Below are positions 23,001-35,387 of a DNA stretch of 58,260 bases, piece after piece. Each line of letters begins with the position of its first letter. The first letter of the stretch is position 1. The translations under genes and the position numbers were made by a program. This DNA comes from Psammoneis japonica (taxonomy: Eukaryota): contig QPGO01000314.1 of the NCBI GenBank assembly GCA_008632985.1, forward strand, positions 1 through 58,260. Direction: 5' to 3'. The notes below the pieces were generated by a model that had not been told where the DNA came from, ran no database searches, and was given only the letters and a program-made list of their open reading frames with translations.

Positions 23001-26000
23001 GCTGAGGTGTGGTTCTCCATCTTCCATGAAGTGCCATTCAATGACATTGTCTGAACATTTGGGTGGCTCCACCACAACTGGTTTTTTCCTCCTGCATTTT
23101 GAAAGCCAGGTCTGACACTGAAGGTTGAGGAGAGGTGCAGTGAAATTGTTGGCTTGCTTTGAGGTGTCGTCCACGCAACCCCGGTTGCACATCATCATGG
23201 AAACAGAATGGTTTGGGGACTCAAAGAAAATGCCATGGGCGTGTTGGTCAAATGTCTCTCAAAGAGGCTGTTGCAGATGTGATTCCAACAAAAAGGGAGA
23301 ATTGCCACTGCCCTGACCATTGCCACAAATGGGAGATTCAGCGGAGTGTGAGCATGACGATTGGGACAAACCGACTCCTGTTTTCAACCAGCAGTGTGCC
23401 TGTTGCAGAGTGCAATTTGCTGTCTGAGCAACTTCCTTTAGCATGCCATTGCTGCAACTCTCAAGAGCAGCTGGCACCAGAATGTTGCAATCACAGCAGG
23501 AGGTGCAGCAGTCATCACTGTGAACAGCCATTTTCTGGGAAACCCAACTGATTTCAAGCACAAGTTCTTCTGGGCACACTGGGGCATTCACATTCAAAAA
23601 GGAGTGAGTGCCACATGTCCCAGGGTTGCAGAGCTTCCATTGCTCCATGTTTTGTGCCAATGACTGCCACATGACACTTGAAATCAATTGAAAGTCGGCT
23701 TTGTAGATGTGGATGACATGCAAACGGCAAATCTTGGCATTTTCAGCCTTGTCAAAAATCACAACATTGACGATGTCTTTTCATCTGTTGCATGAGTGCC
23801 CCCAGTGTAGAGTGTAACTCAAAAGGTTCAACCTCATTTGAGTGAGTGTGCATTGAGTGGTGCCAAGGCACTCATGGTCTTCTGCAGGGTTGCCATCAGT
23901 GGTGGTGGCATTGGAGTGGGAGTGAGCAGTGCACATGGCTTTCCAATGGCCAACACAAATGCTTGAGGAGAACTGCAACAGATCTCTGTCCAATCTCTCA
24001 GCCAGTTCATGATTTGGGGCATCAAGTTGTAAAAGTGCATTTGTTCTTGACAGGAGATCTTGGCTTAGAAGCATGGGGGGCAATGGCATCAAGGCAGGTG
24101 GTCACCTGTGGTTCAGAGGATGAGACCATGTTGCGATGACTGGCCTTTGGCAGGTTGATGGTGGGATTGCCAAAAAGTGCCACAGCGTCAAAGTCAACAC
24201 AGTGAGCATGATGATCTGAAGCAATTTGACAGCCAAAAGCCTCACAGCCTCCAAATTGAGCTGCAGCCAAAGCACCTGGAGTTGCAAGCACACAATCTAA
24301 TCTCTTGGAACCTGGTGTGTGCACAGAAAATTCTGTGTCTCCCACAAGCTGGAGAGTGGGACATCTGATGAGTTGAATCTCTGTGCAAGGTTGGCAAGAT
24401 TCTCTGTGTTGACCATGAAGTCAGTGCTCAAGTTGCCAAAGATGACAACTTCTCTGTTCTGATCTGCTGGGAACTCCTGGAGCAAGCAACACAAGTCTAA
24501 ACAGAAAGCTTTGTGCGGGTTGACCGCACTGTTTCCTTGTTGACATAGAAGCACAGCCTGCTGGGTGCTTGCAGTGGTCCTTCTGGGGGCATTTTGTGGC
24601 TGTTGGAGCACACGTGGCAGCACAAAACAAACATTGTGACCTGCAGTCCTTGCTTCCCATCAAAACCTTGGACAGACCAGTGACCCAAGGGGTCCAATTC
24701 CTGGCTGCAATGCTGTGCCGCAACGGAATTCCCCAACAGAAGTGCAGCACTGCCTGGCTTGCAAGGAGTGGCAAAGGCAGTGGAGCTGCAAGAGAAGGTG
24801 CTGCGGCTGTGATTCATGATGTTCTGAACAGCAGAACGGCGTGGTGACAGCATTTCACATTGGGTGGTGTCCAAACAGACCTCCGACATGCCAACCACAT
24901 CAGCTTGACTCTTGTTGGCAACCTGGCAGCTGCATTCAAGAACATCTCCACCTCTCTTGTCAAATTTGCACCCATTTGCATTGAAAGCACATGATCTTGT
25001 GCAGTGTGGAAGCTTCGGATTGAGGGCATCACCAGTTGGTTTGTTCTGTTAGAGGCAAGAGAAGTCAATGCAGTGGTCAGTGGGAAGGCTGCACCTGTTG
25101 CCATCTGGGAGTGACTGCCAAGCTTGTGAGGAAGGATCTTGACAACCTTCTCTGTTCATGGTTGGGCCGTGCTCCTCCCAGAAGAAGACTGAGGCTCACA
25201 TGACACAGGCAGAGATTGCAGCCCTGGCAGTCTTGAAGTTGACACCGTTGACAAGAATGTTGTGACAGCCATTGGCAAAACTAGAGGGAAAAATCTCTTG
25301 AACACTTTCAAAGCCTTGAACTGTTGATCAAAATAAAACATCATGTCCAGAGAGGTGCAAAGGAGTGGCACCACACAAGTGTTGTCATTGCGGTGGGCCT
25401 GGGATTTAACAGCATTGTAGAAGGAAAGGGGAGAAATGTGATGGGTCTTGGCCACAACAACATGGGTCGGAAGCTTGTTGGATGCACAAAGCAGGACTTT
25501 GCCGGCAGTGTGGCAGTCATTTTGTTGCACTTCAATTGCGAAGTTTTGGTGCAAAGAGGAGCGGCAATGTTCTTGTTGTCTGTGCAAACAGAAGTGGGAG
25601 CCAACCAGAACTTTGTTTTCTTGACCTTGAATTTGCCCAAATCACTGAGGAACATTTTGTTGGCTTCATCAATGGGAGTGTGTTTTGTCACTGCAGCAAT
25701 GCAATGAGCCAGGTGCACTGTGTTGAGCTTTCTTCATGGAGTTGCCAATGGCAGGAACATGTGCAGGACAACTCCCTGTTGCCATCATTGGCAACAATGC
25801 CGGGTGGAACTCATCAACGTTGTCCAAGGAAACCAGAGCTGCATCTGGAACATCCTTGGCCGCCATCCCCAAGGATGGAGAAGCGTTTTTGAGGTCTCTG
25901 CCAACAAGAGGAGGGATGACATCATCCTCCAAGAATGAGTCCACAGCACTGGCAGAAGGGCCATTAGAAACCTGATTCACATTGGTGGCTGTGGACAAAT

Positions 26001-27400
26001 CCACAATTTTTGCTGGCAGTGCAAGGTCAAAAAACACCAAATCAAAACCACAGGTTGGTTGCAAACATCAACAAACAAACAATCTAGCTTGTCAAATGAT
26101 GAAAACTTGGAAGACACACCAGTGGGGCCTTTGCCTTCAGCAAAGGAAAGAGCATCAGATTTTTTGACAAAATCAATCAACTCTTTGTGCTTTGCCTCCA
26201 GAAGGCTGTGCAAGTTAGCCACATGAGGCTTTTTGCATTTGGCGTGGGTGCGCAACTGAACCCACAAATCAAGAAGAAGGAACACACATGCTCCTCAGTC
26301 TTTGACTCAGGCAACTTCTTTGCCAAGACAGGAATGGCAGGAGGCTGACAAGGGTTGCTGGAGATGACGAGCATGCCTGGCTTCTTGCAGACTTCAATTT
26401 CATCTGCTGTTGGGTCAGGAGGCAACTCAGGCTTCTCAGCAGGAGATGCAGTTGGAGCAGGAAAATCCGGTGCATGCTCAGATGCCATTGAGGTGGCATC
26501 AGACTTCTCTGTGAGAGCTGGCAAAGTGCGCACTTGCTTCCAAAGGTTCCTGGAGGGCCATTGCCAATGTTGGTCTCCAAGTCTTGAATGGACTGGTTTG
26601 TCAGATGCTTGGAGATGTCAAGATCCCTGATGCTGACATCTTGCAAAGTGCAAACAGCTTCACAACATTGGGGGGTGCCGCCAAGCTGAGCATGTTTGTG
26701 GCAATTTCACAGGTGTTGCCATTGCTTGCAATCTGCTGCTTCCCAATCTCACCAAAAGCAACAGAGTGGCAGTGGGCAAGCTGCTGCCAGATGGTGTTGT
26801 CAAAGTTCTTGACAAGAGCGCTGAATGCAAACCTGAAGTTGCTCAAGGCTGCAATGACGTCTGACGAGTCCTGGACATGACCATGAGCATGCAAGACAGA
26901 TTTCTTGATTGACTCTGTGGTCATGGTTTTGAAGTCAGCACTGCTGCACTCCTGCCCTTCCTCAATGATCTTGGTTTGTTCCAAAGTGTCCATGAGCAGA
27001 GTGAGAAAGTCAAGCATGTTGATCTTGGATAAAAAGGTCATCACAGATGCATTTGGAGGTGCGTCCGCAAACTTGAAGCAGCAAATGCCATCAGCAAATG
27101 CCTTGTTGATGCAAGCAGGGCAAAGAGTGACTGCTTGATTGAAGACATTCATGGTCTTGATGCCATTGAGGGTGGTGGCAGCAATCTCATCAATGAGGCA
27201 AGCCTTCTTGGTCTCACTCAATTCTTGGAGGGCCTCAACAAAGACTTGCTTGAGCTGTCCCAGTGTGACAGCATCAGATCCCACTGCCTTGTGGCAAAAC
27301 ATGAAAGAAAAACAAGCCTGGATGTCAGCAGCTCTCTTCTTGAGGTCCTTGTCCATCTTGGATTGGGTGCCTTGACTTGGACAGTGATGGGAGCTTGTGC
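20050..27400 (-). mobile_element. Non-LTR retrotransposon (LINE; APE-RT-RNase H-Zn knuckle, Ambal-like) relic with putative ORF1 upstream
   Basis: APE motifs (SEVCLDT, CKPGS, DPLGHWS, GSKRLDC, SDHH) at 24100-24900. RT motifs (KICRLHVIHIYKAD, PICGNGQGSGNSP, GCVDDT) at 23100-23760. RNase H (SSCCAEAHG, HWIKCHQDD) at 21180-21650. EDGDHILWC at ~20780. Ends and ORF1 (25150-27400) are approximate. Confidence 0.85.
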
Positions 27401-28620
27401 GGCAGTGCCAGGAGCTTGAGCAGCATTTGTGGGATGGAGCAACGTGAAGCAGGTCAAAATTTTTGACAAACGGAAAGAAATGGAGGGAAAATGAGGCTCT
27501 GTCCTAAGAGATTTGAAATCTCTGAAAGTTGTGGTTGTGATTTTTGCACAAAAAGCATGGGGTGTGCAGATGATCTGCTGGTTGCATCAGGAATCAAACA
27601 TTTGTGGGAACTCCCGGATCCAAGAGATGTGTCTGGAGATGTGCACAAATCAGCATCAGAGTTCATTGTGGATTTTTGGTGGTGGTTTTTGAGAGAATGT
27701 CATCTCTCAAACAATTGAAGATGGAACATCATGTTTGGAACATGACACAGCATGAAGTTTTTTCATGTGAAACTGTTGCAATGGTCAGAGTGTGCTCACA
27801 TGCATGGATGCACAGAGGGCAGACATGAGATCTGAAAACTGCAATGGCAGAGAAAAAAGAGAAAAAGGTCCGGCGCACAGGGATTTGTGGAGCAACCTGA
27901 CAGTTGCAGAACAATGAACCCAGACAGTGTCAGGCCATTTTCATGATGTGCTCACGCTCTGATGTTGAGATCAGACAAAACGAGGTGGATTGCATGCAAT
28001 CTGGATCAACTGGTTTGCGGAGATCATCCGAGTTCAGCATGATCAGAGAGGGCGTTTGCAGTGGCAAGAGCATCCCAGCCTGCCAAAACAAAATGCCAAA
28101 CTGCACTGTTTGCATTCTGACAGAACGAATCAGAAAAATGGCAAGAGCGGCGCAGGCAATCGCCTTGGCTTGCAGAGCACATGTCTGGATCCAAGAACGA
28201 TGGCTGATTCATCATGGTTTTGCAGGCTGATCAGGACAATCAAGCCAATCCATGGGTCAACTGGCGCCATGTGCAGCTTGTGGGCGATTGTGCAAGGCAT
28301 GCCAGCATGCAGAAACAACGCTTTCAGCATTGTCAGGTCGACGCAACTGATCCCATCACCGGTGATCCACCAAACACAATGAGGGGAACTGGGGCGGCCT
28401 CTCATCATTGTCCATCTGTCTGTCTGCCTTTTGCTGCACGCTGCTCTCGCGCAGTGAAAACTCCAAGAGCGCGGCTGCCCACAAGGTGTTTTCTCCTTGT
28501 GGTGAGCCTGCTGTCTTGGCTCCAATGTCCCTGCTCATGCACAGAAACGCGCAGCAAGGTCCTGAGCATTTTCGATGGCACAGAACCTTGCCACGGGTTT
28601 CTGTGCCCATTTGCGACAAA

Positions 28621-29260
28621 GCTGCGTAGATTTGCAATGAAACAAATCTGAGCACTGTGTGTCTGCGGCAGGATCTGCGTGAAAACAAATCGAAACGTGT
28701 CCACCGAGCCGGCAGTCATGTGCCGGCCGTCGTGAAAAGCATTTCATGTCTGAGAAAGAGTTCGTCAGGGCCGGCGAACAACACACCTCTACGATGCGAT
28801 TGGTGCAAAATCTACGTAAATGCACAGAAACCAGCATGTGGCTTCTGTGCAAATTAGAGCTCGTGAAAAACAAGCAGGGACATTCGACCTTCGGGCACGT
28901 GAATCGCGCAATTGTTTTCGCAATTCGTAGACTAGTGCCACATCCCTGCTTGTGCACACGAACCACCTGGTGGTTCGTGTGCACCCTACGCAAAATGCTG
29001 CGTAGATTTGTACCGAATTAAATCTGAGTGCCTACATCTGCAGTAGGATCTACGTGAAAACGCACTCGAAACAGTGTCCACCGAGCCGGCAGTCATGTGC
29101 CGGACGTCGTGAAAAGTATTTTATGTCTGAGAAAGAGTTCGTCAGGGCCGGCGAACAACACCCCTCTACGATGCGACTGGTATAAAATGTACGTAAATGC
29201 ACAGGAACCAGCATGTGGTTCGTGTGCAAATTAGAGCTCGTGAAAAATAAGCAGGGATAT
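28621..29260. repeat. Direct duplication, period ~376 bp (aligned segments 28621-28883 and 28997-29260), upstream of FG-GAP paralog 2
   Basis: Both copies start GCTGCGTAGATTTG and share CCACCGAGCCGGCAGTCATGTGCCGG...GAGAAAGAGTTCGTCAGGGCCGGCGAACAACAC...AAATTAGAGCTCGTGAAAAA. Confidence 0.92.
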
Positions 29261-29380
29261 CTCTACCGGCATCTCATTGCATTGTGGTGAAATCGGGTTC
29301 GCGTATCGCATCTTTATCTCGTTTCTCGTTCGTCGTTCGTGCCGAAAAAAAAAACGTAAGATGACTTTTTATCAATCACC

Positions 29381-31231
29381 ATGATGAATCGTCGCAACAA
29401 GGCCTTCAAAGCACCAGAGAATAGTTTTGGCCGTGGCAGCAAGGGAGGCCACGAAGAAACAGAAGAAGTGCAAGAGGACTTGGAACAAATCCAAGAAGAG
29501 CAAGAACAAGAACAAGCACGATCGAATGTTGCTTTTGCCGCTTACAGCACTTCTCATGTGGTCGAGGAGAATCAAGAAGAAGCTGAAGAAACAACTCCGG
29601 CATCTGCCTTGGCCGGTGCTTTTGCAGTGAGTCAACAAGGGATGGTTCGTCGTGATCGTGGACGAGCAAGCCGCGATAACACTGGCATCAGCGTTTTGTC
29701 TGACTTTGGGACAGTACAATCTGAACCCATGATGCCGCCTCCACCGCCTGCACAAGACGATGACACACTTCTTGTAGAAGCCCATTTAGCTGAGCCGGAT
29801 GACAATGTAGAAGATGTGCGAGAACAAATGGCTACACTAGAACAAGAAAATATGCGTCTTCGAAATGAAGTTCCGCTGGCACAAGCTGAGCCTTCTCAAG
29901 AACGTGCGAGCAACAAGGTCCGTCGTCGCAAATGCTTTGTTGTTCTGGGAGTTGCAGCACTTCTGATCACTGTGGCGGTTGTAGTTGGAGTTGCTGTCAC
30001 TGGAGGTGGTGGCGCTTTTCCGCCGTCAACGCTTGCGCCTGCTAATTGGAATCCAGTTGGTCAAGTCATGCACAATGGAAAAGTTTCAAGTCATAATTTT
30101 GGGAGCTCCATCTCCTTGTCCCGTGATGGCAGTATCATGGCGATCGGAGCAGGTAGCCTTGTCTCTTCCGGCTATGTTATTGTGCAACAATACAGTCCAA
30201 GCACCCAACAATGGATGCAAATTGGCCAAGAATTGATTCTACAAGCCGGCGGTGACAATTTTGGCAATTCCGTTTCATTAAATGGTGATGGAACGATTCT
30301 TGCTGTTGGAGCTCCGTGGAATGACAGTGGCGGAACGACAGCCGGTCAAGTGCGAGTGTATGAATACAACTCTGTATCGGATCATTGGGTCCAACTCGGT
30401 AGCGATATCCTTGGACAAGACTCCGGTGATGAATTTGGTATTTCCGTGTCGCTCTCGGACGCGGGAGACATTCTTGCCGTGGGAGCGTCGGCTGATGAGA
30501 CGGTAAATGGTAAACGGTCTGGTTCGGTTCGATTGTTTCAATACGACCGTGACTCCTCATCCTGGAACCAACTCGGACAAACACTCATTGGACAAGCTAC
30601 TGCTGATTATTTCGGCATTTCCGTTTCCTTGAATGCGCAGGGAACCATTGTCTGTGTTGGAGCGTATTTTAATGATTCAGGTTCAAATGCTGCTGGTCAA
30701 GTGTCGTCATATGAATACAATTCTGCCTGGTCAAGATGGGACATGTTGGGCGGCCCAATCAATGGACAAGTCGTAAATGCCAAGTTTGGATATTCTGTTT
30801 CTCTTGACGACAGCGGTTTGATCGTGGCCGCGGGTGCACCTGAAAATGACGAGAGGGTTTTGGTTTATACGTATGACCGTTTGACTTTGACATGGAATCA
30901 ACGTGGCCAAACTCTTTTGACGCAACAGCCCCACAATGGTTTTGGATGGTCAGTGTCGTTGAGTGGCAATGGAAAAGTGTTGGCTGTCGGTAGTTTGTAT
31001 CACAGCGTCAATGGATCGATCTATGGCCAAGTCCAAATCTTTCAATACAACAGCAACACCGCCATATGGAATCAGTTTGGTGATCCTTTAAATGGTGAGG
31101 CAGAAAATGATTATTTTGGATATTCCGTGTCCTTGTCGGCAGATGGAAGCGTCGTTGGAGTTGGTGCTTATGGAGCTGATGACGATGGCGAATCTTCTGG
31201 AACCGTGTATGTATTTACATCGAACAATTAG
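29381..31231 (+). CDS. Single-pass membrane protein with FG-GAP-like beta-propeller repeats (paralog 2)
   Basis: Intact 616-aa ORF collinear with paralog 1: AGAFAV and LVEAHL motifs, TM helix, seven FGxSVSL repeats, normal Tyr content. Confidence 0.9.
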   Translation: MMNRRNKAFKAPENSFGRGSKGGHEETEEVQEDLEQIQEEQEQEQARSNVAFAAYSTSHVVEENQEEAEETTPASALAGAFAVSQQGMVRRDRGRASRDNTGISVLSDFGTVQSEPMMPPPPPAQDDDTLLVEAHLAEPDDNVEDVREQMATLEQENMRLRNEVPLAQAEPSQERASNKVRRRKCFVVLGVAALLITVAVVVGVAVTGGGGAFPPSTLAPANWNPVGQVMHNGKVSSHNFGSSISLSRDGSIMAIGAGSLVSSGYVIVQQYSPSTQQWMQIGQELILQAGGDNFGNSVSLNGDGTILAVGAPWNDSGGTTAGQVRVYEYNSVSDHWVQLGSDILGQDSGDEFGISVSLSDAGDILAVGASADETVNGKRSGSVRLFQYDRDSSSWNQLGQTLIGQATADYFGISVSLNAQGTIVCVGAYFNDSGSNAAGQVSSYEYNSAWSRWDMLGGPINGQVVNAKFGYSVSLDDSGLIVAAGAPENDERVLVYTYDRLTLTWNQRGQTLLTQQPHNGFGWSVSLSGNGKVLAVGSLYHSVNGSIYGQVQIFQYNSNTAIWNQFGDPLNGEAENDYFGYSVSLSADGSVVGVGAYGADDDGESSGTVYVFTSNN

Positions 31232-31289
31232 ATTTGTATTTGCATTTCATGATTTTGTCTCTTCCGTTGATTATGTTTGTTGAAAAATC

Positions 31290-31646
31290 AAAAGACAGCA
31301 GCAGTGTTATTATGTAGAGAGAAATGCAAAAGAAGTGTATCGCAAAAGGCAATGTCTAACACTTGTCATAAGTATAGTGGTGTTCAATCTATCGCTTCTT
31401 CTCCAACTCGCTACTGCTCCAAATAGAATATACTAAAGTTTTTTTACGCCAGCGGCACAATGGGAAAGGGGCAGGCATTCGACTGAATGATTGCGACAAT
31501 GATTCCAATCCCCAACGCCGAGGTAAAGGTTTCAACAATCAAAATCATGACAACCAAACTGGCATATCCTGCGCATCCGCCAAGGCACACGATGATCCGG
31601 CAATGCCGACATTGACGCCCGATGCAACATTGTAGGCCGACACTAC
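31290..31646 (-). pseudogene. Second truncated copy of V-ATPase c'' 3' end and UTR
   Basis: ...ILIVETFTSALGIGIIVAIIQSNACPFPIVPLA* matches the C-terminus of 33875-34616, with indels; UTR similarity continues. TA and CG are retained. Confidence 0.9.
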
Positions 31647-31727
31647 CTAGCGCCCGATGCATGCAATCACATTGAGAAAATAACAACACTTCCACATATA
31701 CTCTAAAATAACAACTACTACTGTTCT

Positions 31728-33533
31728 TCACCTCTCTTTTAAACGATTCTGCATCATACTCAATCCCAATTCATAAATCGTCGACGACAAGAGTCGTTCT
31801 TCCCGTTTTTGTGCCGCCTTTTCCGACGCACTCTTGCTTTCCAACACTTCGATCTTGTCTTGTTTTTCCTTCAACTTGGCCTTGCATTCTTGGAGTGCCA
31901 CGAGATACTTTTCTTGAAATTTCGCCAAGGTCTTTTTCGTGTAGGCTTCGAGTTTTTCCTTATCGGACGAGAGCTTGGCACGGGCCGATTCCTTTTCGGA
32001 TAATTCCAGTGTTAAGCGTTCGACTTGATCTTGAAGCTTCTTGACCGCCTCGTCGGAATTGGATGCAACTGCAGTACCACCACTTGCCCTTAATTCTTGC
32101 AATTCCTTTTGAAGGTTTTGATTTTCAATTTCAAGTCGCATTGTCTTTTCCTTACTTTGCGCATCATCCACAAGACTCAATCCACCCACCGCAGGCAAAG
32201 CATCATGATGATGATCGTGATGAGAATCCGATTGGAGTTTCAATTGCTCCAGTTCTTCTTGATACATTTTTTTCGCGGATTCCGCCGCCGTCCATTGACG
32301 TTTGGTATCGGCCAATTCGGCAGTCGCCTTGACACTTGCCTCCTTGGCTTGTTCGTTTTCCTTTTTTAATTTTTTGACCGAATCTTTTAATTCTTGTACT
32401 TGCTTTTGCAAGGCCGGCATCTTTTTGACTTGTGATTCCAATTCGACAATCTGTCGTAAATACGACGCCGATTGTTGTTCACTTTCCAACAATTTGGAAT
32501 GAATGTTATCGACGCCCTCCAATTTGTTACGATAGGCCGACACGGTCGTTTCGGCTTTTTGCAATTGCAACGCCTTGGCATTGGCAACATCCAAATCATC
32601 CGCGAGTTGCGCGTGGGATTCTTGTAGTGTACTCAATTCCGTTTGGAGTGATTCGAGTTGCGACGTTTTTTCCGACAACTCTTCTTCACTGGCAATCAAT
32701 TCGTCTTGACGCTTGACCAAACGATCCTGCAAATCTTGAACGAGACCTTGCAATTTTTGGAGCGAGGCTGCATCGTCGGCTTCTCGGATGCTCGCTTGCG
32801 ACTTGAATTGAGCAAATTCGCGACGCAAATCCGTCAGGGATTGTTCGACTACTGAAGAAGAACTAGTAGTGTTTTCAAACAAGTGCTCGGGTTCATCATC
32901 TTGCTCTTCCTTGTCTTGATTAAACACCAGTTCCGCGTCTTCTTCTTCTTCATCCTCATTGCCTTGATAATCACTCGTTTGTTCCAACGAGGCTTGAATA
33001 ATTTGCTTCATTTGCGATTGAGACGTGGCCGACAGCTTCATAATTTTGGCAATATACTGTTGCTTTTGTTGACACGTCACGGCGGCAGCCGCTACAATAT
33101 GCACCAATTTGGAAATCTCTTCCACACTCTCATTCCGAGCAATTTCGGATACCTTGAAGGAAGCAAAAAAATCACACGTCTTTTTCAATTCAACATGAAA
33201 ATAATGTTCCATATTTCGCAATAATTTACGTAAATTGCTACTCTTGAGAGCCCAATTGTCACCCAAATGACGAGCAATTGTGGTGGGATCAAAATAATCG
33301 GGGGCGCTGTAAGAGAGAATACATAACGTGAGTTTGAGTACATGCAGTAGTAAGCAACATACCGTACAACATACGATTCTAAGCATATAGACTTACATTT
33401 CTGCCATGCATTCAAAGAGTGCTACACCATCACTCAATTCCTCGAGACTCGTGGGTGGTGTACCCGAAAGAGTTTCAAAGGTGGATAGAAATTCCACCAT
33501 GGCGGCGGCATTGTTATCTGAAGATGACGACAT
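31728..33533 (-). CDS. HOOK-family coiled-coil protein (microtubule/dynein adaptor-like); 2 exons: 33397-33533 and 31728-33306
   Basis: Hook-type N-terminal domain (LEELSDGVALFECMAEI/APDYF...NWALKSSNLRKL), long coiled coil, C-terminal REERLLSSTIYELG. The GTAAGT...ACAG intron 33307-33396 restores the frame (AT|C = Ile). Confidence 0.88.
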
Positions 33534-33874
33534 GGTATGGTTGATTACAACGGACCGCCGCAAGTCATGGCCGTGTGTTGTGGCATGTTTGTGTTGTTGG
33601 CACGAACCAGTGTATGGGGGAAGGTGTGTAGGATTTGCGTATGTAGAATTAGACAGGCTGTTTGTACTGAGACGACGGGCGTTGTCTTTCATCATTATGA
33701 AAAGCTTTGTATCTGTATAGTTTATTCCATTACGAGAACTATACCCATAGATAAATATAAACTATATATTACATAAGGAAATATATACATTTGAATCCTC
33801 ATCCGTTACCTCCCAATTCGCAGTCATTGCTTTTCCCTGCAGCACTCGCCGTTGAAAACACTTTATCATCCACC
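33534..33874. promoter_or_regulatory. Putative bidirectional promoter between HOOK and V-ATPase c'' genes
   Basis: 341-bp head-to-head intergenic region with an AT/TA-rich core (33715-33790). Confidence 0.55.
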
Positions 33875-34616
33875 ATGTCTTCCGATACGTGTTCGTCTGA
33901 ATTTTGCAATGCCGGTTGGTCCGAAGTCTTGACTCACATGAGTCCCTATGGTTATGCCAATTTTGGCATTGCCTTTGGACTTGGATTGAGTGTTGTGGGT
34001 GCCGCATGGGGTATTTGGTTGACGGGCTCCAGTTTGGTGGGTGCGGCCGTGAAAGCACCGCGTATTCGGAGTAAAAATCTAATTAGGTATGTAGAATGAA
34101 TACTGGAAATGTAGAGTGAACACGAAAATGAAAGAATTTGGGAGAAAAACAAACAACAACACAACAACATGGCATCGCTTCTCTATTTTATCACTAGTCA
34201 CTCTCTTCTCTCTCTCTCTTCTCACACTCACTCACTCTCTCTCTCTCTACAGTGTCATTTTCTGTGAAGCCACCGCGATTTACGGAGTCATTATGGCTAT
34301 TATTCTCGCCAACAAGGTCAAGGCTCCCGACGATGCCGTTTATTATCTAGATGAAAATTGGGATTGGGCCGGATACTACTATGCCGGTTATGGCATGTTT
34401 TCCGCTGGACTTAGTGTCGGCTTGACCAATATTGCCTCGGGCGTGAGTGTCGGCATTGCCGGATCGTCGTGTGCTCTGGCGGATGCACAAGATGCCAGTT
34501 TGTTTGTCAAGATTTTAATTGTGGAAATTTTTGCGTCGGCGCTTGGTATTTTTGGAATTATTGTCGGCATTATTCAATCGAATGCGTGCACCTTTCCCAT
34601 TGCGCCGTTGGCGTAA
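33875..34616 (+). CDS. VMA16: V-type H+-ATPase V0 subunit c'' (21 kDa proteolipid); exons 33875-34086 and 34253-34616, 191 aa
   Basis: [48 protein letters not shown]...[24 protein letters not shown]. The GT-AG intron 34087-34252 joins the exons in frame. Confidence 0.95.
34201..34250. repeat. Imperfect (CT)n microsatellite / polypyrimidine tract in V-ATPase intron
   Basis: CTCTCTTCTCTCTCTCTCTTCTCACACTCACTCACTCTCTCTCTCTCTAC directly before the 3' AG. Confidence 0.9.
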
Positions 34617-35387
34617 GTAGTATTCTATATTTGGAGTAGGAGTAATAGCGAGTTGGAGAAGAAAAGCGATGGATTTGAACGCGACACGAGGCACTGCAAT
34701 GCAGGTATATCATGATTGTAGGACAAGTAGCAAGTAGTAGATACTGGCTTTTGTTTTTCACTTCTCCCGCGTTTCTCTCTACGGAGGGTCCGAAACAGGT
34801 CGCCTTTTTGACTCGCCATTGAAAAACTTTACTCCATTCCACGGAAGCACCAAAAGTTTTGATGTGTGAGCCGCTCTACTCTTCCCCCCGAGAGTGCATC
34901 GCCACAGAATTGGAACCACAATGCCGAATTGCACTCACACCACATGCTCGAATGACAGTTTTGTGTCTCCACAGATGAATGCAAGACGACTTGAAGAATC
35001 GCAACCTATACTCGTACACAAGCGGATTAGGGCTACACTGTATTGAGTATAGCTCTTGAGAAGAGAGTCGATGCCTGGTAGAGAAATGTGGAACCAGACT
35101 CCACTTGTGCCCCAGTGTCTGGCATGCCCGAGTGTAGCACAAGACGGGGCTTTTGAGCATGTAATTTGCATATAACCGTAGTCGGGTCTTTTGTGCCAAT
35201 GACGATTGATTGGCCAAAGGGCTCGAAAAAGGAATTCAATCGAGTGTGGCAACTCGGGAGAACAACAACAGAGTCCCGCCAAAGGGTTTTCCTCTCAAAG
35301 GTGTTACGCACATTGCTGGTTTTGAGCACCTAAAAGTGTATAGTGGTCACCCAATATTTTGCGGCCTGCGTAAAAAGATGCTGTAGT

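Noticed and set aside
14530..27900. Classical fungal RIP
   Set aside because: RIP enriches TpA and depletes CpA/TpG; the opposite is seen here.
436..28600. Hundreds of short Cys/His-rich ORFs as real genes (e.g. metal-binding proteins)
   Set aside because: They overlap in all six frames, lack Tyr and lie in TE relics. TG/CA enrichment and loss of TAA/TAG explain them.
33334..33386. ORF-track start of the HOOK protein (MLRIVCC...) and, likewise, ORF 34116..34616 for the V-ATPase
   Set aside because: Both predicted N-termini are intron read-through; the spliced models restore conserved sequence.
29381..34616. Alternative genetic code or organism-wide Tyr avoidance
   Set aside because: Intact host genes use TAT/TAC at conserved Tyr positions and end in TAA, TAG or TGA.
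34860..35380. Possible gene between the V-ATPase and FG-GAP paralog 3
   Set aside because: Only short ORFs with no recognisable motif; a call cannot be supported.
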